The position numbers and the translations under genes were made by a program. From an uncultured Planctomycetota bacterium (GTDB lineage: Bacteria > Planctomycetota > Planctomycetia > Isosphaerales > Isosphaeraceae), in the NCBI GenBank assembly GCA_963845755.1, contig CAWJTV010000040.1, positions 32,001 to 96,000 on the forward strand: a stretch of 64,000 nucleotides of DNA, read 5' to 3'. Below the pieces are notes generated by a model. That model had not been told where the DNA came from. It searched no databases and worked only from the letters and a program-made list of their open reading frames with translations. Each line of letters opens with the position of its first letter. The stretch's first letter is position 1. Positions 43,733 through 53,579 of this stretch are shown here, one piece after another.

Positions 43733-45014
43733 TGGCCTGCTCCCCATTTCTTGGTCCAGTGATAATGGGAATCACCTGTTCGTTGATTCAGTAGACGAGG
43801 GATCGGGCGGGTCTTCATCGATAGGCACATACCTCACACAAGTGGCCGCGAATTCGGCCGGTGTCTGATATCCCAGGGAACTGTGCGGGCGTTCGGTATT
43901 GTACTCCTCCATCCAGAGCGCCCAACGCCCTGGCCTGCGGTTCGCTCTCGAATTCCTCGCGGTTCAGGAACTCGTCACGGACCTTGCTATGAAACGACTC
44001 CGCATAACCGTTCTGCCAGGGGCTCCCCGGCGCCACGGGCCAGGTCCCGGAGCCGGTGTCCTCCAGCCACGACCGCACCACCTCGGCAACGAACTCCGGC
44101 CCGTTGTCGCTTCGCATCCGGCACGGCGGGCCGCCGCGACCGGCCGCGACTTCGGCCAGGATGACCCGGATGTCCTCGGCCGTCATACCCCGGCGCGGCT
44201 CCAAGGCCAAGCATTCTCGAGTATATTCATCAACAATACTCAGCCATTTGAGACTTCGACCGTCACTGGTACGGTCGAAGATAAAGTCCCATGTCCATAC
44301 GTCGTTTTTCCCGCGCGGGCCGGAGGTGGCAGGCATTCTCGTCCTGCCCATGAGCCCGGCGCGGCTTGGGATTGGCCCGCGGTTGGGCCACTTTCAGCCC
44401 CAGCTCGCGATAGAGTCGACGCACGGCCTTCTTGTTGACCGTCCAGCCCTCGCGATCCAGCAAGGCCCAGATCCGCCGGTAGCCGAACCGCGGTCGGGCC
44501 CCGGCCAGTTCCTCGATGCGTCGAGCCAGCGCCACCTGCTCATCGCGAACGACCGGCGCGTAGCGAAGGCCGGACCGGGCCAGGTCCAGCGCCCGCGACG
44601 CGCGGCGTTGAGATACGTGGAATTCTTCACATAATTCTTTGACGATCATGCGGCGTCTGGGGGCAGTCATGGCTTTTTTTTCAAGGCCTCCTGGAGCATG
44701 CGGCGGTCCAGCGCCAGCTCGGCGACCAGGAGCTTGAGGCGATCGATTTCGGCTTCGAGTTCTGAAATGTGAAATTGTTCACGCGATATAGGTTCCTCCT
44801 GGAGAGCCTTCCAGCGGTAGTAGGTCGTCGGTCCGATGCCGGCCTTGCGGCAGGCCTGGTGGAGGGTCAAGCCGGCGTCGAGGTCGGCTTGGAAGTCTCG
44901 AAGGATGGATGCAATCTGGTCCGGACTCGGTCGTTTTCGCATGGGTCGCTCCCTGGCTCTGTGCCAGTTGTACGATCCCCATTAAGACTGGACCAGGTTT
45001 TGGGGGGCAGGCCA
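43733..45014 (-). mobile_element. IS3-family IS (1282 bp), 3-bp TSD ATC
   Basis: TIRs TGGCCTGC...GCAGGCCA; orfA/orfB with an A9 slippery run. Confidence 0.93.
43815..44942 (-). CDS. IS3 OrfA/OrfB transposase (programmed shift at ~44675 plus extra indels)
   Basis: OrfA HTH 44667..44942; OrfB 'FGYRR', 'WTWDF', 'SDNGPEF', 'QNGYAESF'. Confidence 0.9.
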
Positions 45015-45965
45015 ATCCCTTTGCGGTTGTACCTCTTCAACTCCTTCTCGCCCACGCCCGCGAGCAGGCTGATGTCGTCCGCCTTCTCCGCCTGCGTGCG
45101 GCATCGTTGCCGGAACTCGCAGAGGTGACAATGCTTGTTGAGCGTCAGTTTCGGTAGCTCGCCGCCTGCCCGGAGTTGCTTGACCTCGTCCAACACCTGC
45201 TCCGCCTGCCGGTAGAGCTTCGCGTCCAGGCAGACCTTGCCCAGGCGGCCATCGAGGCCACGGGTGACCAGCCCCACGACGGGCCGCACCCCCTGCACGC
45301 GGGCGAGGATCAGTCCAAGCACGGCAAGCAGCAGTTTCCGGGGCTGGCCGATCTTGTCCCCATGGTTGTGCAGGACAGGCAGGTAGTGGTGTTCGCCTAG
45401 CTTCGAGATCCCGTCCGCCCGTTTGAGGGCGTCGAGGCGGATCGACATGCCGTCGTCCTCAAGTGTGGCGTCCGCCAGCACCGGTGCTCCCTGCTGCAAC
45501 GTTGCGGCCGTGATGGCGTTCCCTCGGTAGGCGTTGCCCCGCCCAAAGCGGGTGACGAGCTGAGCGAGGGACACTTCCCGCGACGCTTGGCTGGCCGCCT
45601 CGGTCATTAGCTCGTAGTCCGACCTGATGCCGGTCTCACCGACGAGCTTCAGGTGCCCCCTGGTCTTGCAGTTCACATACCCTTCCATGATCTCGTTGGT
45701 GATCTTCATGGCTGCGTCCCTCCACGGATGCTCCTCTCCGGCAGGGCGTGACGACGCCCGTCGCCTTCGATCGTGCTGGAGATTGCCTGTTGGCCTGAAA
45801 GATGGCAGCTTCCGGGTGCCGCTGTTTCGTCGGCCGGGCGAATGGATAGTCATTATAGGCCGAGGGCCACCCCCTGACGATGCGGTGGTTGGCGATGGGC
45901 GGACCATGGTTCGTGGCTGGCCAACGACGGAGTCGAGGGTCGGCCTTCCGCAGGATCGCCTCGGG

Positions 45966-46048
45966 TTATGTGGCGTTCGAGGTTGATGTTGCCCGTGTGA
46001 GAGGCGGGGGAGAGGTCGGGCGCAACATAATGAACTCCACAACATAAT
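45966..46048. repeat. RIT-type right-end motifs
   Basis: TTATGTGGCG ... GCAACATAAT ... ACAACATAAT. Confidence 0.5.
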
Positions 46049-46118
46049 TGTAATAATATGGTCAGCCACATTACTACAAGGTCATGACGGGCTCGGATCG
46101 CATGCCGGTGCTGATCGA

Positions 46119-46642
46119 TCAGCGGATTTGAGGCGACAGCCGCCGGTCAGCCTGCATCCGGGCCGACGTGCGTAATGAGGGCGCGTCGAAGAGGGCCATC
46201 TCCTCGGGCGTCGGAGCCTGGAAGATGTCGGACCATCGGGACAGCGCATCGTCTTCGATCGGCGGATTCTCCATGCCCCGGCGTTGAATCCGGTCGAAGA
46301 GGAGGTCCAGGGGCGCGGAGAGATAATGCAACTCTACGGAGGCGCCGAGCGCCCGTGCCCCGAGTCGCAAGGCATCGCGCTCAGCCCTTCCCCATGTGCC
46401 CCATTCGATGATCACAGTGAGACCGAGGGTAAGAAGCCGCTGGCCGAATCCCCATTGCAGCGCCTCGATCTTCGCGCGACGCTCTTCGTCATAGAGGTCG
46501 AGCGACAGCGCCTCCAACCAATCGTCGGGGGAGAGCCGGACCGCGGCAGGCTGCCTTCCAGCGCCTTCGCCAGCGTGGTCTTTCCCGAACCCGGCAAGCC
46601 GCAAACGATGATCAGTCTCGGCCCGGCGGCGTTACTTTCCAT
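46119..46642 (-). CDS. AAA_33/kinase-like P-loop protein, frameshifted
   Basis: CGLPGSGKTT, SPDDW, VIIEWGTWGRAER. Confidence 0.8.
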
Positions 46643-46654
46643 GCGCGTGCGGCG

Positions 46655-46948
46655 TCAATTGCCCTCTGCCGCCTCCGCGAACTCGTCGTGCCGGCGGAAC
46701 AGGAAGGCGACGCGTTCGCCGCGCCGTTCGAGCTCGTAGGGATAGAGCGTGTCGAACGGTCCGTCCTTATCGAGGCGGCCGCGCATGACGTGATTCCATT
46801 CGACGAGCGTGGGCATCATCGCGAAGAGCCGATCCTCCTCCTGTCCCGGCATCCGGACGAGGTGGCAGAACCGCTTGATCTCGTCGATCTTCAGCACCAG
46901 GCCGTCATGCGGACCGCGGTAGAATTCGGCGCGTGTGCCCGGCATGGG
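46655..46948 (-). CDS. Hypothetical protein
   Basis: AAAGGA RBS; 'FYRGPHDG'. Confidence 0.55.
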   Translation of the reverse strand, partial: PMPGTRAEFYRGPHDGLVLKIDEIKRFCHLVRMPGQEEDRLFAMMPTLVEWNHVMRGRLDKDGPFDTLYPYELERRGERVAFLFRRHDEFAEAAEGN

Positions 46949-47061
46949 CATTCCTTTCGCATGCAAGGATGGATCTGATCCGTAGCCTGGGTGCCTCCTA
47001 TGCTATTTTACCATCCCGGCACCATCTGGCCAGCCGAACAGATATGGGTTAAGATTGCTGC

Positions 47062-47687
47062 ATGCGTTGCTTCCTGGCCGTCTTCCTGGTCGCGCTCTCC
47101 ATACCCGCCTTTGGGATGACGCCGCGCGCGTCGTCGGCATCTCCGACGGCGACACGATCACGGTCCTCACCGCGGCGAAGAAGCAGGTCAAGGTCCGGCT
47201 CTGGGGGATCGACGCGCCGGAGACCGGGCAGGACTTCGGCAGCCGCGCCAAGCAGGGTGCCGCCAGCCTCGCGTTCGGCAAGCAGGTCACCATCCGCGTC
47301 CGCGATACCGACGGCTACGGTCGCACCGTGGCCGAGGTGATCCTGCCGGACGGCCGCTCGATGAACCGCGAGATGGTCGGGCAAGGGATGGCCTGCTGGT
47401 ACAAGCAATACGCCCCGCGCGACGCCGATCTTGCCCGGCTCGAGGCCGAGGCGAAGGCAGCGAGGATCGGGCTATGGAGCCAGCCGAATCCCGTCCCGCC
47501 ATGGTACTGGTGGCATGGCGAGGGCGTTCCTGAGACGGCGGACGTTAAGGGGAACCGACGAAGCCGTGTCTCTCACAAGCCGAGCTGCCGGGCCGCAGCG
47601 GTAAGGAGCGAGAAGAATAGGGTGACCTTCGCCAGCGAGGCGGACGCGGAGAAGGCCGGGTATCGGAAGGCAGGGGATTGTCGGTAG
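47062..47687 (+). CDS. Secreted thermonuclease (SNase) with a C-terminal Ada metal-binding-like domain, frameshifted near 47115
   Basis: DGDT, VRLWGIDAPE, DGYGRTVAEV, IGLWS; 'HKPSC...AEKAGYRKAGDC'. Confidence 0.88.
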
Positions 47688-47711
47688 GACGCGCGATCCC
47701 TGAAATTGAAT

Positions 47712-47786
47712 TGGCGCAGGGGATGGGATTCGAACCCATGTCTCCGGGGTTCTAGCCCGGTGAGTTGACCGCTACTCTACCCCTGC
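47712..47786 (-). tRNA. Non-canonical 75-nt tRNA, anticodon AGA, short variable loop, encoded CCA
   Basis: GCAGGGG-TA-GAGT-AGCGGTCA-ACTC-A-CCGGG-CTAGAAC-CCCGG-AGAC-ATGGG-TTCGAAT-CCCAT-CCCCTGC-G-CCA, all stems perfect. Confidence 0.85.
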
Positions 47787-47817
47787 GCCACCATCGTACG
47801 GCAGTTACGAACAGCGG

Positions 47818-47925
47818 TCACGGCTTCTTGGGCGAAGTGGCAGACTTCACCGGAACGGCCTTCGGAGCCGCAGCCTTCTTGGGCTTCTTCTTTTCCTTGG
47901 TCTGCGAATGGTTGCCTTTGCCCAT
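47818..47925 (-). CDS. 35-aa Lys-rich small protein
   Basis: MGKGNHSQTKEKKKPKKAAAPKAVPVKSATSPKKP; AAGG upstream. Confidence 0.6.
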   Translation of the reverse strand: MGKGNHSQTKEKKKPKKAAAPKAVPVKSATSPKKP

Positions 47926-48059
47926 CGTCGTCGCCTTGATTTGGGGACTAGGTGGATATCACAAGAGTGTCCGTCCGGTGAAGTGCATCTACAAAGCGGC
48001 GTGACTCCCCGCGATGATAGTGCTGTCGGGGCCAGTGGTCCCGTCAGGGAGATCACGCC

Positions 48060-48425
48060 GTGTCTCGAAGCCGAACCATCGATCTACGATGGAATGCCCT
48101 CCTCAACGATTTCCGCAGGAGCGGTCTGACTCAAGCCGAGTTCTGCCGCCTTCGCCAAATCTCGCTTCACTCCTTCCGAAAGCATCTCTACCAGCCCGCC
48201 CCGGCCGATCGCACTCCCAGCGACGATCGTCCTTTCGCCAGTGCCGACCGCCATTTCCTCCCGGTCACTATCCTTCCCGATCCCATCCCGCCGAGCGCCG
48301 CCTCGGGACCCCACCTCGAACTCATCCTCTCCAACGGACGTCGGATCGCCGTCGCCCCCGGATTCGACCCCCTGACCCTCCGCCATCTCATCGCGGTCGT
48401 GGAGGGACGCCCATGTTCGGACTGA
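48060..48425 (+). CDS. tnpA: IS66 accessory protein TnpA
   Basis: 'W...FRRSGLTQAEFC...FLPV...LELIL..GRRIAV..GFD'. Confidence 0.8.
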   Translation: MSRSRTIDLRWNALLNDFRRSGLTQAEFCRLRQISLHSFRKHLYQPAPADRTPSDDRPFASADRHFLPVTILPDPIPPSAASGPHLELILSNGRRIAVAPGFDPLTLRHLIAVVEGRPCSD

Positions 48426-48747
48426 GCGCCGCGGTCCGCGTCTATCTCGCCAAACAGCCGGCCGACATGCGCAAGAGCTTTGACGGCCTGGCCGCCCTGG
48501 CATCAGGCAGCCTGGCGCTAGATCCCCTCTCCGGTCATCTCTTCGTCTTCGTCAACAAGCGCCGCGACCGCATCAAGATCCTGTACTGGGATCGCGATGG
48601 CCTGGCCGTCTGGGCCAAGAAGTACGAGTAAGACTGCCCCCATCCTCTCGACTTTACAGGAATCGTCGGACACCCCCATAATCGCGCTGGCCGGCCTGAT
48701 GCGGCTGGCGGAATGGATCGAAGCTCAACACCCCGTGATCCAAGGAG

Positions 48748-48945
48748 GTGCCCCATGTCGCGAGACGCCGGACTCGTTGCTCCCCCCCGCGCACGTCGGT
48801 CGTTCGGCCGTCGGTGCTGGACCAACTCTGGAGCCGACTGACGGACGAGCAGCGTCAACGAACGCTGCTCACCCTCAGCGACATCGTGACTCGACAACTC
48901 GGCGCGCCTCGCACCGCTCAGGAGGTGCGCGATGAAATCTCGTGA
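48748..48945 (+). CDS. Small ORF upstream of the recombinase
   Basis: AAGGAGG RBS region; 'LWSRL..EQRQRTL..LS'; overlaps the recombinase start. Confidence 0.55.
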   Translation: MPHVARRRTRCSPPRTSVVRPSVLDQLWSRLTDEQRQRTLLTLSDIVTRQLGAPRTAQEVRDEIS

Positions 48946-51112
48946 TGCACGGGCCGTCAATCGCACGGACAGATCAATCGACGAGACTCCATCGACCTCC
49001 ACCTTCGGCCAGAGGTCGAGCTCGAAGATTGGCGATCGGCATCTCGATCGACTCGCGATCGTGTACGTGCGGCAGTTGACGCCGCAGCAAGTCCTCGAGA
49101 ACCGCGAGTCTCGCGAACGGCAGTATGCTCTGGCGCAGTTCGCGCAACGGCTCGGTTGGCCCGCAGAGCGGGTGGTGATCATCGACGAGGATCAGGGCCA
49201 CGGCGGCAAGTTGACCGACCATCGCACGGGCTTCCAGCGGTTGATGACGGAAGTGAGCTTGAACCACGTGGGGATCGTGCTGGGGTTGGAGCTTAGCAGG
49301 GTGTCGCGGTCGAATACCGAATGGCATCGTCTTATCGACGTCTGCGGCATCTTTCGCACCCTGCTATGCGATCAAGATGGCGTCTACGATGCCTTGGACA
49401 GTAACGATCGTCTCCTCCTTGGCATGAAAATCGCAATGAGCGAATACGAATTGATTACTATGTACAATCGTTTGCTTCGAGGCAGTCGGAACAAAGCGGA
49501 GCGCGGCGAGCTGTTCCTGGCCGTTCCGCTGGGATACCTCAAGACGGCCACGGGCGAGATCATTCAAGAGCCTGACGAGCAGCGCGTGGAATGATTCAGT
49601 TGGTGTTCGAGAAGTTCGAGGAACTCGGTTCCGCCTACGCGGTCTTCCGTTACCTGGTCGTGAACAACCTGCAACTGGGATTTCGCCGTCATCGCGGTGG
49701 GCGCATTGGGGAGCTGGAGTGGAAGCCAGCCTCTCCCAGTCGAGTCCTGTCGATCTTGCGACACCCCATCTATGCGGGGGCATACGCTTATGGCCTACAT
49801 TGCGCGGGGACGAAGAATCCCACGACGGGTCGAGCCGAAGGCGGCAAGTGGTTCGTGCCGCCCGAGGAGTTGGCCGTGTTCCTGCCGGATCGGCTCCCAG
49901 CGTACATTAGCTGGGATCGCTATCTCGCGAATCAGGAACGCCTCAAACAGAATCGATCGCTCCACGACACGCGGGGCGTGCCCAAACGCGGCGAGGCCTT
50001 GCTGCCCGGCCTGGTCGTCTGTGGGAAATGCGGCCGCCACATGACGACGCGATACAAGGCCGACAAGAAGCCCGGCTATCACTGCGGCGAGTATTGGCGG
50101 CTGGCCCTGGACGAGCCGTGCGGGTGCATCTCGGCAAAGACGCTGGACGACCTGGTCGCGAAGGAAGTGCTCCGCGCGTTGGAGCCCGCTGCGCTGGACC
50201 TGAGCCTACGCGCGATCGAGAACGCCGAGCGAGAGCGCAAGCGCCTCCACGACCATTGGCGTCAGACTCTGGAACGTGCACGCCAGGAGGTCGAGAGGGC
50301 CGAGCGGCAGTATCAGGCCGTGGAGCCCGAGAACCGACTCGTGGCGCGGACACTCGAGCGCGGTGGGAGGACTGCGCTGAAGAAGCAGCGTCAAACGGAG
50401 GAGGATTACCATCGGTTCCTGACGAGACTGCCGGCGACGCTGAACGACGCCGATCGCCAACGGATTCGATCGCTCTCCGAGAGCGTCGCCGCGCTCTGGC
50501 ACGCACCAGGCACGTCGGCGATGGATCGCAAGCAGATCGGTGCGCTGCGCGGTGGAGCGGGTCATTGTCGTGGCCGACAAGGCGACTGAGCTCAACGAGG
50601 TAACGATCGTTTGGCTCGGCGGCATGACAACCCAACAGCAGGTCGCGAGGCCAGTCGGCAGGTATGAGCAATTGAAGGATTTTCGACGCCTCACGGAACG
50701 AATCAAGCAACTCCATCGAGAAGGACTTCACCTGTCGCAGATCGCCGCGCGGCTCAATGCCGAGGGCTTCGTCCCGCCGCGCCGTCGCGGCGTGTTCACG
50801 GCGGGAACGATCGGGGCGTTGGTCCGTGAACTTGGGCTGGTCGGAGAACTGTTCCGCGACGACCTCGTCGGCCAGGACGAGTGGTGGATCCCCGACTTGG
50901 CCGGGAAACTCGGCGTCATCGCCCAGAAGGTCCATTATTGGATCAAGCAGGGTTGGGTCCATTCGCGGCGTACGCCTTCGGGAAAGCATCTGATCGTGTG
51001 GGCCGACAAGGACGAGGTTCGTCGCCTGCGACAACTGGCCAGACGAAAGAACTCCTGGATCGCCGCCCGGCACCCTGAGTTGGTCGTTCCCAAGGACCGT
51101 CCCGACCGGTAG
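48932..51112 (+). CDS. Large serine recombinase (resolvase, recombinase, Zn ribbon, coiled coil, HTH), frameshifted; catalytic Ser reads as Leu
   Basis: VYVRQLT, LELSRVSR, ILRHPIYAGAY, GLVVCGKCGRHM. Confidence 0.88.
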
Positions 51113-51428
51113 CAAGAGAGGCCGCCGATTTGTGGCGGCAGTAGCCCAACGTCTCAGGATTTGTGTAACGCCACAAGAACGAGGGTCCTGTGATGCCAGC
51201 ATCAAGAGGCTCGAACGCGGCACCTTCCGCATCCCGGACGCGGCGGCCGATCGCGTCGAGATGACCACCGCCGAACTCGCCGCCCTCCTGGCCGGCATCG
51301 ATCTGGACAAGGCCCGACGGCGCGTCCGCTACTCGCGGCCCGCCACTCCCCTTCGAAATTCGGAGAATAATCTACCGACAGGAGCATAATGCGCCAACAA
51401 TCGAGCACCCGTCAACGTAGTATAGGGT

Positions 51429-53005
51429 ATGATCACCCTCGCGGACCCACTCCCGGACGACCTGGAGGCGGCCCATCAGCTCATCCGTGAGCTGCTCAAG
51501 TCGCTCGCCCAGCAGGTCCATCTCAACGAGAAGCTCCAGCACCAGCTCGAGCAGCTCCTCCGCCAGCGCGTACGGTCCCAAAGGGGAGCGGATCGACCCG
51601 GCCCAGCTCTTGCTCTTCGCCCGGGAGATCCTGGAGCAGGCCGAGGCGGCGCCGACACCCGCCCCGACCCCGGAGCCGGCCCCGGCCCCGACGCCCGCTC
51701 CGAGTGCGGCCCAGAAGAAGGGCCACGGACGCAAGCCGTTGCCGGCGAGCCTGCCCCGAGTGCCGGTCTTGCACGACGTCCCGCCCGAACAACGCACTTG
51801 CCCCGACTGCGGCGCCGAGCGCACCTGCATCGGCCGGGAAGTCCGCGAGCAACTCGAATTCATCCCCGCCCGCCTGGTCATCCTCGAACCCATCCGCCCC
51901 AAGTACGCTTGCCAGGACTGCCAGGCCAACGTCGTGATCGCCGACGTGCTCCCCGAGCCGATCGACAAGGGCCTGCCAGGCCCGGGGCTGCTGGCTTACG
52001 TCGCCGTCAGCAAATATGCCGATCACTTGCCGCTCTATCGCCTCGAGGGAATCCTCGATCGCTCGGGCGTCGAGTTGTCGCGGTTGACGATGTGCGACTG
52101 GATGGCCACGATCGCCGATCTGCTCAAGCCGATCGTCGATCTGATGCTGAAGAAGATCCTCAGCTCCAGGGTCGTCCAGAACGACGACACGACGGTGCCG
52201 GTGCAGGACCACGACGGCAAGGGGATCAAGACCGGCCGGCTCTGGGTCTCCGTCGGCGACCGCGGCCATCCTTACGTGGTCTATCGCTACACGCCGGACC
52301 GCAGCGCCACCGGGCCCCGGGAGATCTTCAAGGACTTCCAGGGTTATCTCCAGGCCGACGCCTATTCGGCCTACGACGGCCTGTACAAGTCGGGCGAGAT
52401 TATCGAGGTCGGCTGCATGATGCACGCGCGACGGAAGTTCTACGAGGCGCGGACCGTTCGACCCGCAACGGTCCCATCAGGCGCTGGCATGGATCAGCCT
52501 GCTCTACGACGTCGAACGCGACGCCAAGAAGCGCGAGACCGCGGACTACGAGGCCTTCGTCGCGTTCCGGCACGAACTGCGAAACGAGCGATCGCGTTCG
52601 ATCTTCGACAAGTTTCACGCCTGGCTGGAAGCCGAGCAGCCCAAGGTTCTGCCCAAGAGTCCGATCGGCGAAGCGATCCAGTATGCCTTGAACCATTGGG
52701 AGGCCCTGAAGCGTCCGTTGGAGGCCGGGTTCCTCGAACTGGACAACGGTGCGTGCGCGTGCGCGTTCAAGCCCGTGGCGCTGGGACGGAAGAACTGGTT
52801 ATTCGCGGGGAGCGACCAGGGAGGCCAGACGGCGGCCGTGTTGATGAGCTTGTGCACGACCTGCAAGAATCTGGGGATCGACCCCCAGGCTTACCTCCGC
52901 GATGGGCTCGATCGGATCAGCACGCACCCGGCGAAGCGGATCGACGAACTGCTGCCGGACCGCTGGCAGGAGTTGCACCAGGCCGGCGCCGACGGGACTG
53001 AGTGA
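51429..53005 (+). CDS. tnpC: IS66 transposase TnpC, frameshifted
   Basis: HGRKPLP, CPDC, KYADHLPLYR, DDT, QADAY, CMMHARRKF, LGRKNWLF. Confidence 0.92.
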
Positions 53006-53218
53006 CCGCACCCGAGCCCCGCGCTCCTCGTCACCCCGGACGAGCGCGGGGCGATTGCGCGCGCCCCTCAAGGTTTGTCCCGCCCCAAGTTCGTCTCGGC
53101 CCGGCGCGAGCGCGGGATGATCGCGTGCGCCGAGCACAGTGAAAGAATCAAGACGGTGCCCCGAACATCATCTCACGCCCGTGAACCGCTTTGAAGATGT
53201 GGTTCACCGGACGCACTC

Positions 53219-53530
53219 CAGCAAGGGGCCCAGTTCCGCAGCCTGACCGACGGAATCGACACCACGACCCCGGCGGGTCGGTTCTTCTTCCACGTGATGG
53301 CGTCGCTGGCCCAGATGGAACGGGAGCTGATGACCGAACGCACCCGGGCCGGGCTGGACGCGGCACGCCGGCGGGGGCGGGTCGGCGGCCGCAAGCGAAG
53401 GATGACACCAGGGAAGGTCGAGTCGGCCCGCAAGCTCTTAAAGGGAGGGATGGCGCCTTGGGACGTGGCCCAGAATCTCGGTGTCTCGATCCCGACGCTT
53501 TATCGATGGGTCCCCGCCACAACTCGTTGA
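53219..53530 (+). pseudogene. 5'-truncated resolvase/invertase
   Basis: FRSLTDGIDTTTPAGR...ERTRAGL..AR.RGR.GGR plus HTH; cut at the IS66 end. Confidence 0.85.
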
Positions 53531-53579
53531 GCGTCGTCCAGGCACTCGATTCTCGTGGTCCGTTCGTTCCCGAGCGATC

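Larger units (their letters stand above)
40193..45709 (-). pseudogene. TM0106/RecB(Cas4)-like nuclease + RNase H-like + IS66-type DDE fusion (~975 aa), interrupted by IS3 and ISAs1
   Basis: YVNCK...HCHLCEFRQRC; FFDAEG/HYGNYE/YNAEDC; CPFC..CEDC; HIDET/SDFYSGY/CLIHMIRD/NNAAEH; frames rejoin after IS removal apart from small indels. Confidence 0.8.
48621..51207 (+). mobile_element. Stand-alone large serine recombinase element (2587 bp)
   Basis: CAAGA core at 48616-48620 and 51203-51207; no TIRs; removal restores tnpB. Confidence 0.85.
48413..51370 (+). pseudogene. tnpB: IS66 accessory protein TnpB, split by a serine recombinase element
   Basis: DMRKSFDGL...DRIKILYWDRDGLAVWAK | RLERGTF...LLAGID. 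Confidence 0.9.
47967..53218 (+). mobile_element. IS66-family element (tnpA-tnpB-tnpC), no TSD
   Basis: Imperfect ~33-bp TIRs GTGTCCGTCCGGTGAA...CAAAGCGG / GAGTGCGTCCGGTGAA...CAAAGCGG. Confidence 0.85.

Noticed and set aside
41578..43830. 750-aa ORF as a real protein
   Set aside because: Chimera of the IS3 end, the host gene segment and the antisense strand of ISAs1
47745..47760. Amber suppressor (CTA) reading of the odd tRNA
   Set aside because: With the 5-bp stem, CTA occupies positions 32-34; the centred anticodon is AGA
51640..51710. Short tandem CCGGCCCCGA-like repeats
   Set aside because: Encode the Pro/Ala linker of TnpC
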